From contig CM052818.1 in assembly GCA_028534125.1 (NCBI GenBank), forward strand, positions 12,340,001 to 12,404,000: a DNA stretch of 64,000 nucleotides, written 5' to 3'. The stretch comes from Lama glama (lineage: Eukaryota). The notes under the pieces were generated by a model, which saw nothing but the letters and a program-made list of their open reading frames with translations, had not been told where the DNA came from and did no database searches. Below are positions 50,911 through 63,350 of the stretch, one piece after another (position 1 is the first letter of the stretch; each line of letters starts with the position of its first letter). The translations under genes and the position numbers were made by a program.

Positions 50911-53900
50911 TTTAGTACCTTATTAAGCATAACCTAACTAACAAACCAAGTATAGATGGTGTGTGTTGTGAAACAGAGTATGTTTCGTCTAATTCTCTGT
51001 ACCTTCATTATTTCAATGAAGAAACAGAAACCATTTGATTAAGTCACATTCTATTTCAGTGATTTTTTTTCTTACCTTCATGTTATTTTAACTCATACTC
51101 TTCTAAAGCTTTTTCCTATCCAAGTTCTGAAAAAGTTGAAGAAAAAAGAAGTGTCATCTTCTTTACTAATAAGATACAAGTTGGAGGATATGGCTATTAG
51201 ACAGATTTAGCACATGGTAGGAGGCAGTCCTAGACAGCCGCAGCCTAGCCTTACTAGAAGTTTCTCTACTACATATTGTGTTCTCCCAAATTCTACTGTT
51301 TGGCTTTTATTTTTTACGGACAATATAGCAAATGTTGTACTCTTTACAATGAAATAGCGTTCTGCTTCCTTGCCAAGATTCAGAAAAATTAAAAAATAGA
51401 ACAAAAGGATGGCCAACAGAGCTCAGAATGTCACTTTTATCATTGGCAACTGCTAAGTTGGAGGACTTAGCTTGGTTTGAGGGCCAAATGAACCTGCTAA
51501 ACAAGCTCCAAATTTAGGTAGACTTACCAGCACATGACAGGCATCGCTCGACTTGGGCAGGCCCAGCTGGTGGAGATGGCGAAGAGCTTGCCCTGGGAGA
51601 ACGGGGAGAATAAATAGCTGCTCTGTGGGCAGTGTAGCCTCAAAAGGCAGGAGGCAGGGTCCTGGCTACATAAGCCTTGTCTATTCCACCCAGAATTACA
51701 CCCTCAACCCAGATAGAGTGAATAATAGTGTAGAAAGAGGCCAAAGTGTATCCCCACTTAGGATGGGGGCGGGGCGAAGTTGCCCCAACAAATACTCAGG
51801 ACTTTCCCTTTGTAAAGACATATTATTGGCACGGCATTTTTGTATTTAACTGCTTTTAGGGGTACAAAAAAAGAACCAATACTAGTATTTCTAGAAGTAA
51901 TTGGAATTCTTAGAAACTACTATAAAAATAACATTTTAATCTATATTTTCATATGCAAAAGGCATGAAGGACATATACATGTGTGTGGATTTGGGAGGTG
52001 TTAGGAGGCTGAAGAGAGGGAGCTTGGCAGAAGGATGGGGCGCGGGGCTTGGGCTTGGTTCTGCTGAGGGGGATAAAAGGAAATGATGGCAGAAAGACTG
52101 AATCAAAAGTCCCCTGAGTAGCCATGATGGGAACATGGGCTCAGAACAGTCATGTGGCTGTCCAGAGTGAGGGGTTAGGGGAGGGAGGGAGACATGCAGT
52201 GTGCGTCTCAACGTCCACAATTTGAAGGTTCTCACTCTGAAGTGAATGGGCCAACATCGGGTGTGGGATGCATAGCTTCCTTAAAACTGCTTCCTCTACT
52301 TCATGATGATGCACCCAAGTGTGAGGGGTCTGCTGTTGTGATTCAGCCCCTAAAGAATTAAGTAGATCAGTGAATTCTAGCATATCCCAAACAGAAAACT
52401 AGCAATCCTGTCTAATCTCTGCCTTGAGCACACTTTGGATCATCCCTCCAGTGCCCACTTAATTACACTAGACTGACAGCTGCTCTTCCAGGCAGCCCCC
52501 TAAATGGCCGTCAGTCTAGAGGGGCATCCCCAACACGCGACTGTAAGATTGGGAGTACATAAAAATTGTTTTTGATAATTCCACTTGAATGGAAATTCAG
52601 GGATACATACCACTTCCCTCTGGATATGTTAACTATGTTTTAATGATGTTATTGGATATTATAACAATGTATGCAGAACAGCAGAGCCTTGAGTTTGTTG
52701 TTTAAATATCTTTGATGCTGTGTCATAACAAATTAGTTTCTAAATGTTGCCAATTTGGCAGACAAAGCTGATTATTTCCTGCAATCACACTGCATATGTG
52801 CACAAGATTATAATTAATGATCAGGGATGCCAGCCATACTTTAATAATGATCCTTCAGTGTTTAGGAGCCGATTAGAGCAACTGGCATTTGTACCCTCTA
52901 TTGGGGCAGAGGCGAGAGAAAGGAGTCAGTAAATCTGGGTAGATCTATCAGTGTCAGCAAATCAATAGTTTGCTGATTTCCGTTATAAATTTGAAGATTC
53001 TGGGGGAGTTATTGACAAAGCTGCTGCTGTGAATATTAACAGGGTGTTTATGTAGCCTCCACTGAAGCAGTGCAAGTCCTAATTAGATTGAAATTGGTCT
53101 TTTGGCAACTTTGCAATATTTGCTTCCTCGACATACCAGTATGCCACATGAGGACTCCAAGGAGATTAGTGATATATTTCAGAAGAATTTAGTGTGAGCA
53201 CTAAATGTCAAGATATCAAAGGTGTTTCATCATAATGAAACAAGATTTATCAACTCTCACTTCCCAAGATTTGGCTCTTCAAAAGACCATGTTTTTCTTT
53301 CTGTTTCTTGGCAAAAATGTGGCCAACAAATGAATGCTAAGTGAAGATGATAGTATTGAAGATAAAAATAAGAGGAAGAGTGGGAGGGGGAGAGAGAAAA
53401 CACAAATCTTTGTAAATGGGAGCCTATTTTAAGAAAGTAATCTGAAGCTGTGGCATTCCAAAGCAATTAAAGTTCAAAGTGATTTTTTTGATTAACCAAA
53501 GGATTCATCCTGGGGTAATTTTAGATTATCTAGTATTAAAAATAGAGTTTGACTTGCTTACCATTTAGAACTAGCTCCTGTACAAATTGAGGTTAATCTA
53601 TAGTCTCATGGACCTTTTTGCGATGCTGCTTGCTGTGATTCCAGAAGGCTTTGGGATAACCCTAATTCCTCTTCTGCGTCTTCCTGTAATACTCTGATGC
53701 ATCATTCCGAGGCAAATCTGTTCTACCTTTTAATGAAAAGACTGTGTGATGATTAAACCCTCATGGGATATCTGGAGATAGTAACTTCAAGCAATACTTC
53801 TGTGAGAACTTTCGTACCAGCAAAGATAAAGCAAGGCACTGAGGTCTAATGTTATGGCAACATTCTTAGGCAAGAAAATCACAAGGAGAGCCTCCTCTCT

Positions 53901-54326
53901 TAATGCTGATTTGGATGGTACTTTCCTGGGATTATTTTTAACCAGGCTCTTAAATTAGAGGACTTAATAGTTCCTCTAATATACATATTTTTAAAATTTT
54001 AGAGTAGGAAGGAAGGATTTGAGGGTATGTTTAGTATACTAGCTTGACCAGGAGGTCAAATGAAAAAAATTATAACAATTTGTTTGCACTTACTCATACT
54101 TAAATTGAATAAGCACACAGAGATCGACACAGAGACAGAATTACCTTGGGGATACTAAGCTAATTCTGTCAATCCTTTGATGTCTCTGCTAGCTTCCAAG
54201 ACAGGCCGAGTAGTATTTCTAGAGATTCATCAATCATTCTTTTCCAAGGCTTTCTTCACTCTTGAGGAAGAGATAGTGAGGTAGAACCATGTGACATCAT
54301 GGGACTCAGTGAACAGGTCTTTGATC

Positions 54327-54621
54327 AAAAAGCTTAACCTTCTATGTCTGTGAGTCTTTTTATTTTGTAAATAATTGGGGGGGGTGGATAAATTAGGAGT
54401 TTGGGATTTGCAGATACCAACTACTATATATAAAATAGATAAACAACAAGGTCCTACTGTTAGCGCAGGGAAGTATATTCAATATCTTGTAATAACCTAT
54501 AATGATAAAGAATATGAAAAAGAATATGTGTGTGTGTGTATAACTGAATCACTATGCTATACACCAGAAACTAACACAACATTGTAAATCAACTGTACTA
54601 CATTTAAAAAAGCTTAAACTT
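54327..54621 (+). mobile_element. Young cetartiodactyl-type L1 3' end with 5' inversion and TSD
   Basis: Sense 3' UTR 54377-54606 (ggataaattaggagtttggg...ctaacacaacattgtaaatcaac); inverted piece 54340-54374; TSD aaaaagcttaa(c/a)ctt. Confidence 0.88.
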
Positions 54622-54659
54622 TTTAAAACCTTAAGAAAAGAATACTTGTCCTAGTATTC

Positions 54660-54892
54660 ATTTTATCAATTTCTTTGAAGAATAATGTATATACTACAAA
54701 CTGCATCCATTTGAAGTGTATAATGTGGTGACTTCTGACAAATGTATAATAAAATTCTGGAAAAGGCAAATTAATATATAGAAATAAAAAGGAGATCTAC
54801 TGCCTGGGGTAGGGGCAGAAGGGAGAACTGACTATGATGGATGGAAATGGAATTGTACTCTGTCTTGATGGAGTGGTGGTTTCATAGGTGTA
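54660..54892 (-). mobile_element. Old L1 (L1MC/MD-like) 3' end with inverted 5' segment
   Basis: Antisense terminus 54660-54748 (aaactgcatccatttgaagtgtata...tgacaaatgtata) abuts a sense upstream segment 54749-54892 ending gtggtggtttcataggtgta. Confidence 0.7.
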
Positions 54893-56564
54893 GTAGGTTT
54901 TTGATTGTAGTGGGTTTCTGAAACTCTCTTGTTTGTGTTTATTTTTAGCTGTGTAAGTTGTTGACTTAGGTTCTGTTTGTGTGTGTATTATTTAGGTTTT
55001 TTGCACTTAATATCTTCCTCTTTTGGAGTTTTAGACATCATCAATAGGAAAAACTCAAAAAGAATAATCGAGCTGGGTTCAATTTGGAGATGGCTTAAAT
55101 ATGAATTGAATGTAGCACCTTTATCAAATTGATCTTTGCAGAAAAGCTAATGTTAATGCTTTATTTTACATAGTTAAAAATTACACTATGTTTCCTGTGT
55201 GCCAAAGCATATCTGGAAAATTACTATTAAAATCTCCTAAATGTGACCAACTTTGGAACGCATCGCTGGGATGGGTGGCCATGTTATTCCCACGGACTCC
55301 TGCTTTGGAAGAAGCAGCATTTAACTTCTTCAAAGTGAGAAATACGTACTGACTTTGCCTTTACAATACACTTATTACAGTAATTCTGCCTAGTACTTAT
55401 AAATTCATTTTCTTACTTTCTCTCATTGTATCTCCTAATTTGAGTATCTCCCCCCCCCCCCCGGCTTTTTTTTTTTGGAGAATATTTTCATTGTAGTATA
55501 ATTTTCCTGCAGAGCTGTGTACATAGTGTGCACATTCTAACCACATGAATAGTAGAGTAATTTTGATTTATCCTAAGATAATGTTTCAGTGGGAGCTTTA
55601 ATTAACCTGGCAAGAATCAATTTGGGGGACATGAGGTACAGAATTACGACAGGTGCTCTCTCTTCTGTATTCCGAGACTTCTATCAAACTGGATCTCAAA
55701 TTCCTCATTCCTACTTATGGGCAGATTACTAATAATACATTTTTGAGATGTTTCTCCCTCCATTGGTATCTGCATTTTAATAAGGTTGTGGCATGAAAGC
55801 TGAAGGTATGACGCTCAGAAAAGAGGACTTAATGTGTCAGTTAATGGATGCAGGAGATTCCAGGGCCCATAAAGACTTTTCTGATGCCTTCATTTTCAAG
55901 CCTTTTGCTGGTACAGGATGTATGTTGTACGGGTATTCAGTGTCCAAGAGATGTTGAAGAAAAATTCAGCAGGCAGCTGATGCCATGGATTCCTGTTTTT
56001 GTAAGGCTTGTAGCATAGTATTTTAATCATATCCACATTGTATATAAGTCAAGCAGCAGAGTATGTAAACCATTTATTTTTCTAACAACCTAACTTCTTA
56101 GGCCAAGTGCTTCCCAGTATCTATATACTTACCTGAGGTATATATGAGCGCTATTTAATTAGCACATATTTTTGAGCCTTGTTGTCTTTACCCTTTGCTA
56201 GAAGAAATATGAGATGTCATCCTTGCTCTTACAAAATTTATAATGGCAAAAATGAAAGAAAATTCAGTATTTAACTGCATGGAATTTAAAAGGAGTTCTA
56301 AAAAAGGACTGGGAAGTCAGACTCGTTTTGGAGGGTAGGGTTTCCTGAACTGTGGTTGAGGAAGAGACGAGTTTCCCCGTGGCAGGAAGTCAGCGGAGGC
56401 TGGGGGAGAGCCTTCTGACAGGGAGGGGTGAGGACTCCAGTAGAAATCACTGATCTCTCTTTTTTCCTGAGGCACAAGTCAAATGTACTTTGAGTTACTA
56501 GCTTTCAAAAGTGAGTGGCCTATGTTTATGGACTTTATTTCTGATGTTCCTTTTAATTTCTGTA

Positions 56565-56735
56565 TCAGGCTATGCAGAGTGATCCATGCACCAGCAGCTT
56601 GGGCGTCACCTAGGACCTTGTTAAAAAAAATGTGCCTTATAAGGACCCAGTTCAGCCCTACTAGATCAGAATCTGCATTTCAGAATGACCCCAGGTGATT
56701 TGTATGCACAGTAAAGGTGAAGAACTACTGCTCTA
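56565..56735. mobile_element. MER5A-like hAT-Charlie element
   Basis: accagcagcttgggcgtcacctaggaccttgtta...ctactagatcagaatctgcattt...ccaggtgatttgtatgcacagtaaagg...actactgctctaga. Confidence 0.8.
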
Positions 56736-56744
56736 GATTAATAT

Positions 56745-56902
56745 CGCTGCGTCCTAGTAGTATGTGGGGAGCTTTAAAGACCCTGATGCCAGAGCATATC
56801 CATTAAGGCAAAGTCTGTTGAATGGGGAGAATGTGGGCACCAGAGCTGTTTTTAAAAGATGCCCAGGTGGCTTCTGTCTGTGCCCAGGCTGAGCATCGTT
56901 GT
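56745..56902. mobile_element. Second MER5-family fragment
   Basis: ggggagctttaaa...ctgatgcc...tttttaaaagatgcccaggtggcttct...ccaggctgagcatcgttg. Confidence 0.55.
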
Positions 56903-57939
56903 GTCACATGCCACCACCACGCCACTTGGAGCAGCAACAAGTAGAATTTAAGAGTATCTCTCAATACTTTATAAATTCTGATTACCTAAGTTGCTTTACA
57001 AATTCTCACTGAGTGCAGGCAAAAGATCAGCATATCCTTTTAATCTGTGTGTGAAATTTAATTAGGCATCATTTCTGCAGCTGCTCTTGAGACTGGCTCT
57101 TCCTTTCTCAAGATTTCTCTTCAGACAGGTTTCGCTGTGTAAAGTGTAAAACATTGAAATTTTTCTGGTTCCCTTAAGGAATATGCAGTAACAACGTCTG
57201 ATCAAAGATAAATATGACAAAGTGAAATAGGATGTACTGCAAAAGCTACATATTCTCCCTGAACGAGAATTCATCTGAATTTCCCGTTTGGGAAAACTCC
57301 CTAAGGAATAAGGATATTTTTATCTTTTAAATAATTATTTCTTTTTTCTAATCCTTGAGCCATAAATAGGAAGGTATTATTTAATCCTTCATAGTGACAA
57401 AATAACCATTTTTTAAAAAAATAGTAAGTATTCAAGACAATAACATGTTACATCTTAGAAAACTGGGGAAATCAAAGAGATGTAATCAATATGCTGGAGA
57501 ATAAATTTAATACACCTTTTGTCATTTCCTGTGAGGCTTACAGAAGAGACTTATAAATCCAAATTTCAATTAGAACTAACAGAATCAGGTCTCTGTTTTC
57601 TTACATATTGCTGATCCAAAATAATATTATGGATAGTTTTCTCAATTTCACTTACATGCGTGCTCCCATTATACTTTGCTAACTTAAGTATTCCTAGGTG
57701 TATGTAAGTATACTTAAGGTCAAAATGAAAAAGGTGAAATTTCATTATATAACATTGTAATATCCTGAAGTTATATTTGGGGATAAGCCCAATGGATAAA
57801 AATTTTTTTTCACAAATCAGATTTTTGTTATTGTCTTCATAAATATTTTTATTTACATATATGTGCGTGTGTAATTTAACTTAGTATTTTGAAATAATTT
57901 TAGACTTAACAGAGTAATTGGAAAAATAGCACTTAAAAG

Positions 57940-59540
57940 GGGAAGAACTTCCACAGCAGTGGAGTCAGGACCTCTGAAAATCTGCTTCTCACTAAAAGCA
58001 ATAAAAACATTGGCAATCAGCCTTTTCAGAATTCTGGAAATAAACTAAAGGATTTGAAAAATCCAAAGAGAGTTTAGTCAACAAAAGGACTGCTTTTCAG
58101 GAAGAATATTGGGATTTGTGGCATTTTAACTTGCCCTGTTTCTGTTTCCTTCTCACTAATTCCATGATCCTTGAAAACCAGCAGTGTAACATTCATTGGA
58201 AAGGGATTGTATTCCCAGGGCATTTGTCTGTCAACCAGCAGCAGTTAATTAATGTTGCTGTTCACCTAGGCGGTGATACCAGTTGGGGCAAGTAAGTGGT
58301 AAACGAAAAATTTTATAAAAATCTGTAGAATGAAACGCCCATAGGAGGCTTTGGAAAGTTCCAATGTGTTCTTCAAATCTAGAACGCCATATGCATGCAT
58401 AGGCTTGTGCGTCTGTGCAGGGCTGCGGGCATGCTAAAGAAAGACCCAAGATTAGGAAAGACCAAATCCCTCACCTCTGGTCAACCTTGGGGCCTTTCAA
58501 GTGAAGGTCAGGGCAGAGTATAAATTTGCACTGAAGCTGTGCCCCAGAGCACAAAAAGGCTTTTTGACAAAGGGTGAAAGACTTTCTGGTTAAAAAGATT
58601 TAAAGAAATCTCTGTCTAATTATTAAACTGAATGTGAAGCTAACCAGAGGCTTGAGTGGCTGCACATAACAGGAAATACAGACTTTGCATGAGTGCATGA
58701 GTAGTCCGGGAATGTCACTAAATAAGTAGATTACAACAACAACAAAACAAAACTAGACAGAAACAACATAGCAACAACAAATCCTTGATCTGACTTCCAG
58801 ACTTATCACATTATATTATTTGAAATGTCTAATTTTAAAAAAAAAAGGGGTACACACATAGAGACAGACAAGTATGGTTTACACAAACACACACACACAA
58901 AACTATCAATAGAAACTGTCCTTGAGAAAGCGCAGATGTTAGATTTATTAGATGCATTGTTTTTCTCTTGCTGACATAACAAATTACTAAAAATGAAGTG
59001 ACTTAAAACAATATAAATTTATTATCTTGCAGCTTTGTAGGTCAGAAGTGTGATGTGCATCACTGGGCTGAAATCAAGGAGTCAGCAGGACTGAATTTTT
59101 TTCTGGAGCCCCTTGGGATATTCCATTTCCTTACCTTTTCCTGCTTCTAGAGGCCACCCACAGTCATCTATCTTCAAAACTAGTAATGGAGGATGGAGTT
59201 CTGAATGCTTGTGTCTCTCTATCCTTCTTCTATATCTGCAGCTCTTTCTGACTGCAGCCAGGAAAGGCTTTCTGCTTTTAAATTCTTATGTGAATAGATC
59301 TGGACTACCCAAATAATCTAGGGTAATTTTCCAGTCTTAAAGTCTATGAACTTAATCACATCTACGAAGTCCTTTTAACAATGTAGGGTAGGTAACATAT
59401 ACACGGATTCCAGTGATTTAAGAGTGGACATCTTTGGGGAGGGGCATTATTCTGTTTACCGTATGGGACAAAGACTTTAAGTCAGCCATTATAGATATGT
59501 TCAATAAACTAAAGGAAACCGGGTCTAAAGAATTAAAGTA
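57940..59540 (+). mobile_element. Old L1 5' region (L1MC/MD 5' end-like), split by MLT1D
   Basis: ttttcagaattctggaaataaactaaagg...tttgtggcattttaacttgccct...gatgttagatttattaga | caaagactttaagtcagccattatagatatgttcaa. Confidence 0.7.
58953..59463 (-). mobile_element. MaLR solo LTR MLT1D
   Basis: gtaggtcagaagt...cactgggctgaaatcaagg...gcttctagaggcc...cttaatcacatct...gtggacatctttggggaggggcattattctg. Confidence 0.85.
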
Positions 59541-59745
59541 TACCATGCTGTACATCAGATCTTCAGAACTTATGCATTTGATTACAGGAAGTTTGTACCC
59601 TAGGACCAGCATCTCCCCATTTCTTCAATCTCCCAGACCTTGGTGACCACCATTCTACTCTGTAGAGAGTCTTCCTTTGGTCTTCCTTTGGATGTATACC
59701 CATAAGTGAGAATACTGAATCATATGGTTGTCTAGTTTTAATATT
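59541..59745 (-). mobile_element. L1 (L1MA-like) 3' UTR fragment with internal deletion
   Basis: accatgctgtacatcagatcttcagaactta...gaccaccattctactctg, then jumps to ttcctttggatgtataccc. Confidence 0.7.
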
Positions 59746-61055
59746 TTCCCTAGCTCTATTGAGGTATAAATGACATATAACATAGTATTAGTTTAAGGTA
59801 CACAGTATAATGGTTTATGTATACATTTCAAAATGAGTGTCATAATAAGTCCAGTAAACATCTGTCACCTCACATATTTACAAAATTGTTTTCTTCTGAT
59901 GAAAACTCTCAAGATCTGTTTATTGTCTTATAAACTTTCAAAGATACAATACATTATTGTTAACTATGCATGTAGTAACCATGCTGCCCATTACATCTCC
60001 AGAATTTATTTCTTATAACTGGAAATTTGTACCTTTTAAGAACCTTCACCCATTTTGCCGATGTCCCACCTCCTGCCTCTGTCAACCACCAGTCTATTCA
60101 TTGTTTCTATGAGTTTGATTTTTTAGATACTACATATAAGTAGGGTCGTACAGTATTTATCTTTTTGTCTGACTTATTTCACTTAGCATCATGCCCTTGT
60201 GATTTATCAATGTTGTCACAAATGGCAGAATTTCCTTCTTTTTATGGATAAATAATATTCCACGCACACACCATATCTTCTTTATTCATACATCTGTTGG
60301 TGAACACTTAAGTGGTTTCCATGTCTTGGCTATTGTAAATAGTGCTTCAATAAACATGGGAATGCAGATACCTTTTTGAGGCAGTGATTTCATTTCCTTT
60401 GGATATATATCCAGAAGTGGAATTGCTGGATCATATGGTAGTACTGTTCTTAATTTTTGAGAAATTTCCATACTGTTTGCCGTAATGGCTAACTAATTTT
60501 CATTCCCACCAGCAATGCCCAAGTATTCTCTTTTCTCCACATCCTTGTCAACACTTGTCTCTTGTCTTTTTAATGATAGCCATTTAAGGGGTATGAGTTG
60601 ATATCGCATAACTTGATTTGCATTTCCTTGATAACTAGTGATGCTGAGTAGCTTTTAATGTACTAGTTGTCCATCAGTGTGTCTTCTTTGGAAAAAAAAG
60701 TCTATTGAGTTTCTTTGCTCATTTTAAAATCAGATTATGGGTTTTTTTTTGTTTGTTTGTTTTGTTTTTTCCTATTAAGTTGTATGAGTTCCTTATATAT
60801 TGTGGATATTAACCTTTTATCAGATATATGATTTGTAGATATTTTCTCTCTTTCCATAGGTTACCTTTTTATTTTGTTGGTTGTTACTTTTGCTGTGCAG
60901 AAGCCTTTTAGTTTCATGTAGTCCCACTTGTTGATTTTTGCTTTTGTTGTTTGTGCTTTTGGTGTTATGTCCAGAGAATCATTGCCAAGACCAATGTCAG
61001 GAGCATTTTCTATCTGTTTTCTTCTAGGAATTTTATGGTTTCAGATCTTATGCTT
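59746..61055 (-). mobile_element. LINE-1 (L1MA-like) 3' UTR and ORF2 3' end
   Basis: ctattgaggtataaatgacat...; minus-strand ORF 60286-60471 gives LPYDPAIPLLDIYPKEMKS...CIPMFIEALFTIAKTWK, the L1 ORF2p C-terminus. Confidence 0.92.
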
Positions 61056-63234
61056 AGTATTATAGAAAGGTATACCAAGGCATCTGTATATTAGTAGGGA
61101 GGGTTTGTTGGTAGTTGTGAAAATAAAGGAGATGAAAAACTGTGTCCAAACATAAATTTCTTAATTTGATGAATTTAAGCAGTTACTAAATTGAATTCCA
61201 TATGACTTTCACATCTGAGAAAATGAATTACAGTAAATCTGGGCAGTGATTTTAACAGTGAAAAATTAATGAGAAATATAAAACTGAATAACTGATATCA
61301 TGAAATTAAAAATCAAAGCCAAAACCTTGCTTTTTAAACTGATTTCTACAGTTTTTAAAAAAATTAAACTCAGTATTTATGCTTCTTAAATCTTGTGTGT
61401 TGCTTCTTACACATGCACACACACATAGTCGTTAGCAAAGATTGTGTCCTGTAATATTTTATCTACCTATCTACCTCCACATATATTTACTGAAAGCTAA
61501 AATTTAATCACCTCAAAATGTACAGAAGTACACTGATCTGTTTATCTGATATTTTAAATGACTGATAACTAAGTATACAGCTAACTACTGTACAAAATCT
61601 GGACCTTAATGTACCTCAGAGTTCCCCTAGCAGTGGAAATATGTGGGATGAACAAGGAACAAAAGTAGGACCATCATTAAAGGCCCTTTCATCCTCATTC
61701 TTCTGATTTACTCACCGACAAAGGATTCTCATTTCATGAGGACCCAATTTTTAAGGATTTCCTGGAAAAAGAATGTCCAGATGGTTTCCTATAATCTGTG
61801 AAATAAGTAGGCTAAAATTATGCTGTATTTCACAGAAGTTTTGCTGTCTTTGAGGTGAAGTTCATCCAGCAGAAAGAACCACATGTTTCACTCAGAGCTT
61901 AATTCAGAGAGAAGAAAACTCCTCAAAGCAAGTCCTTAAAGTTTTTTTTATTCAACCTGAGCTCTCTAGATACTTTAAATATCCATAACCTTCCAAATGA
62001 AAATCTCATTTTGAAGTGATTTTTCCTACCAAGTAGATAATTGGTTTAGGTTCAAACTCAGTGTTTCTATGTACACATCTTAATGCTTTCTGAGCCTGTT
62101 AAGTCCCAACCCTGCTCTCAAATATGTCCATTTTTATGATAATGAGAATTTCACTTTATATTTGAGGATCTATATCTGAATTTTTATCTCCTCCTTTATC
62201 TCCATCTGTATTCCTTCACAGTGACTGTGAAGTTAAGAGTCATTATTCACATTTTACCTTATTTATCCCTATTTTAGAAATTCAGAAACTGTGACTCAGT
62301 GAACATATTTCTAATTTTGCTGGAAGAGAAATTCAAGTCTTGTGGTACTTTTCCTGTTATACAATACTGTTGCTCCACCTCCTAATGAATGGGATGATTC
62401 TGAACACCCAGGAACAATGTGTTGGAGTATTTATTTAATATGAAGTCCAGCATCTGTCTTGTGAGCAGGTAGAGTGTGTGGTCTCACATTAGCCCAACTC
62501 TTAACTCTCCAGTTCCGTAAGCCGGGGTTCTTAGTTGTGTTTACTAAAACGTTTAATGTATTTTAATGTATGTTATATTTTACATAAAAATGTGGTAATG
62601 GAGAGGGCAAGACTGAGAAAGCAGGTAGTTCTTCTGAATAATAAATCCAGGTAGATGACCGCTAGGTAAATGAGGTTGTAAATATATGTCAGTAGTTAGA
62701 ATTTGTTTGTGATTGGGTCAATGTAAGTAGGCTAAGCCTTGGTACTGTTTTGTGGATTTTTAAAAAATATTTGATAATTCATATAAGCCAGTTAAAACCA
62801 CCAATAAGTCCCTAGTTCTCTACACGTTAAACAGTTTAATAGGTTTGAAAGAAACTGGTCACCTTATTTCACTTTGCTGATCTTATTAATATATTAGCCT
62901 CTTTGGTGTTTGATTTATACTTTTTATTCAGACCACCTCATGTTTTTGACGTAATAGTAAAGCTTTTCTATTTTCATTGTGGACAGTTAGAGAAGCTCAC
63001 ATAATTCTTAGTAGTTGAAATGGCACCCTGAACTTGAAAATATAAAACCAATATGGTCTCTCAAACTCTCTGCTATTCAAAATGTAAGAAAGGCATGCCG
63101 AGTTCAACTCATTGTGTTTTGTTAAAAATCATTCTTATGTCCACTTTTTTGTGGATTAATTAGAACTATATTTTCCTCCTGAAAATACATGAAATAGCTT
63201 GCCTTCAAAAACAAGAATGAAGCAGAATATGCTG

Positions 63235-63350
63235 AATGTCTTCCACATTAGCTCCACAAGGGCAGGATGATGGGTGTCATAATCTCTTATTTATTTTCAG
63301 TGCTTGACATACAGGGAGTATGCAGTACTTAGATTCTAATGAAGGAATGA
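63235..63350 (+). mobile_element. LINE L2 3' end fragment
   Basis: agctccacaagggcaggat...cagtgcttgacatacag...aatgaaggaatgaa. Confidence 0.55.

Noticed and set aside
56128..56200. Perfect minus-strand donor CAG|gtaagt
   Set aside because: It lies in probable repeat-derived AT-rich sequence with no convincing exon features.
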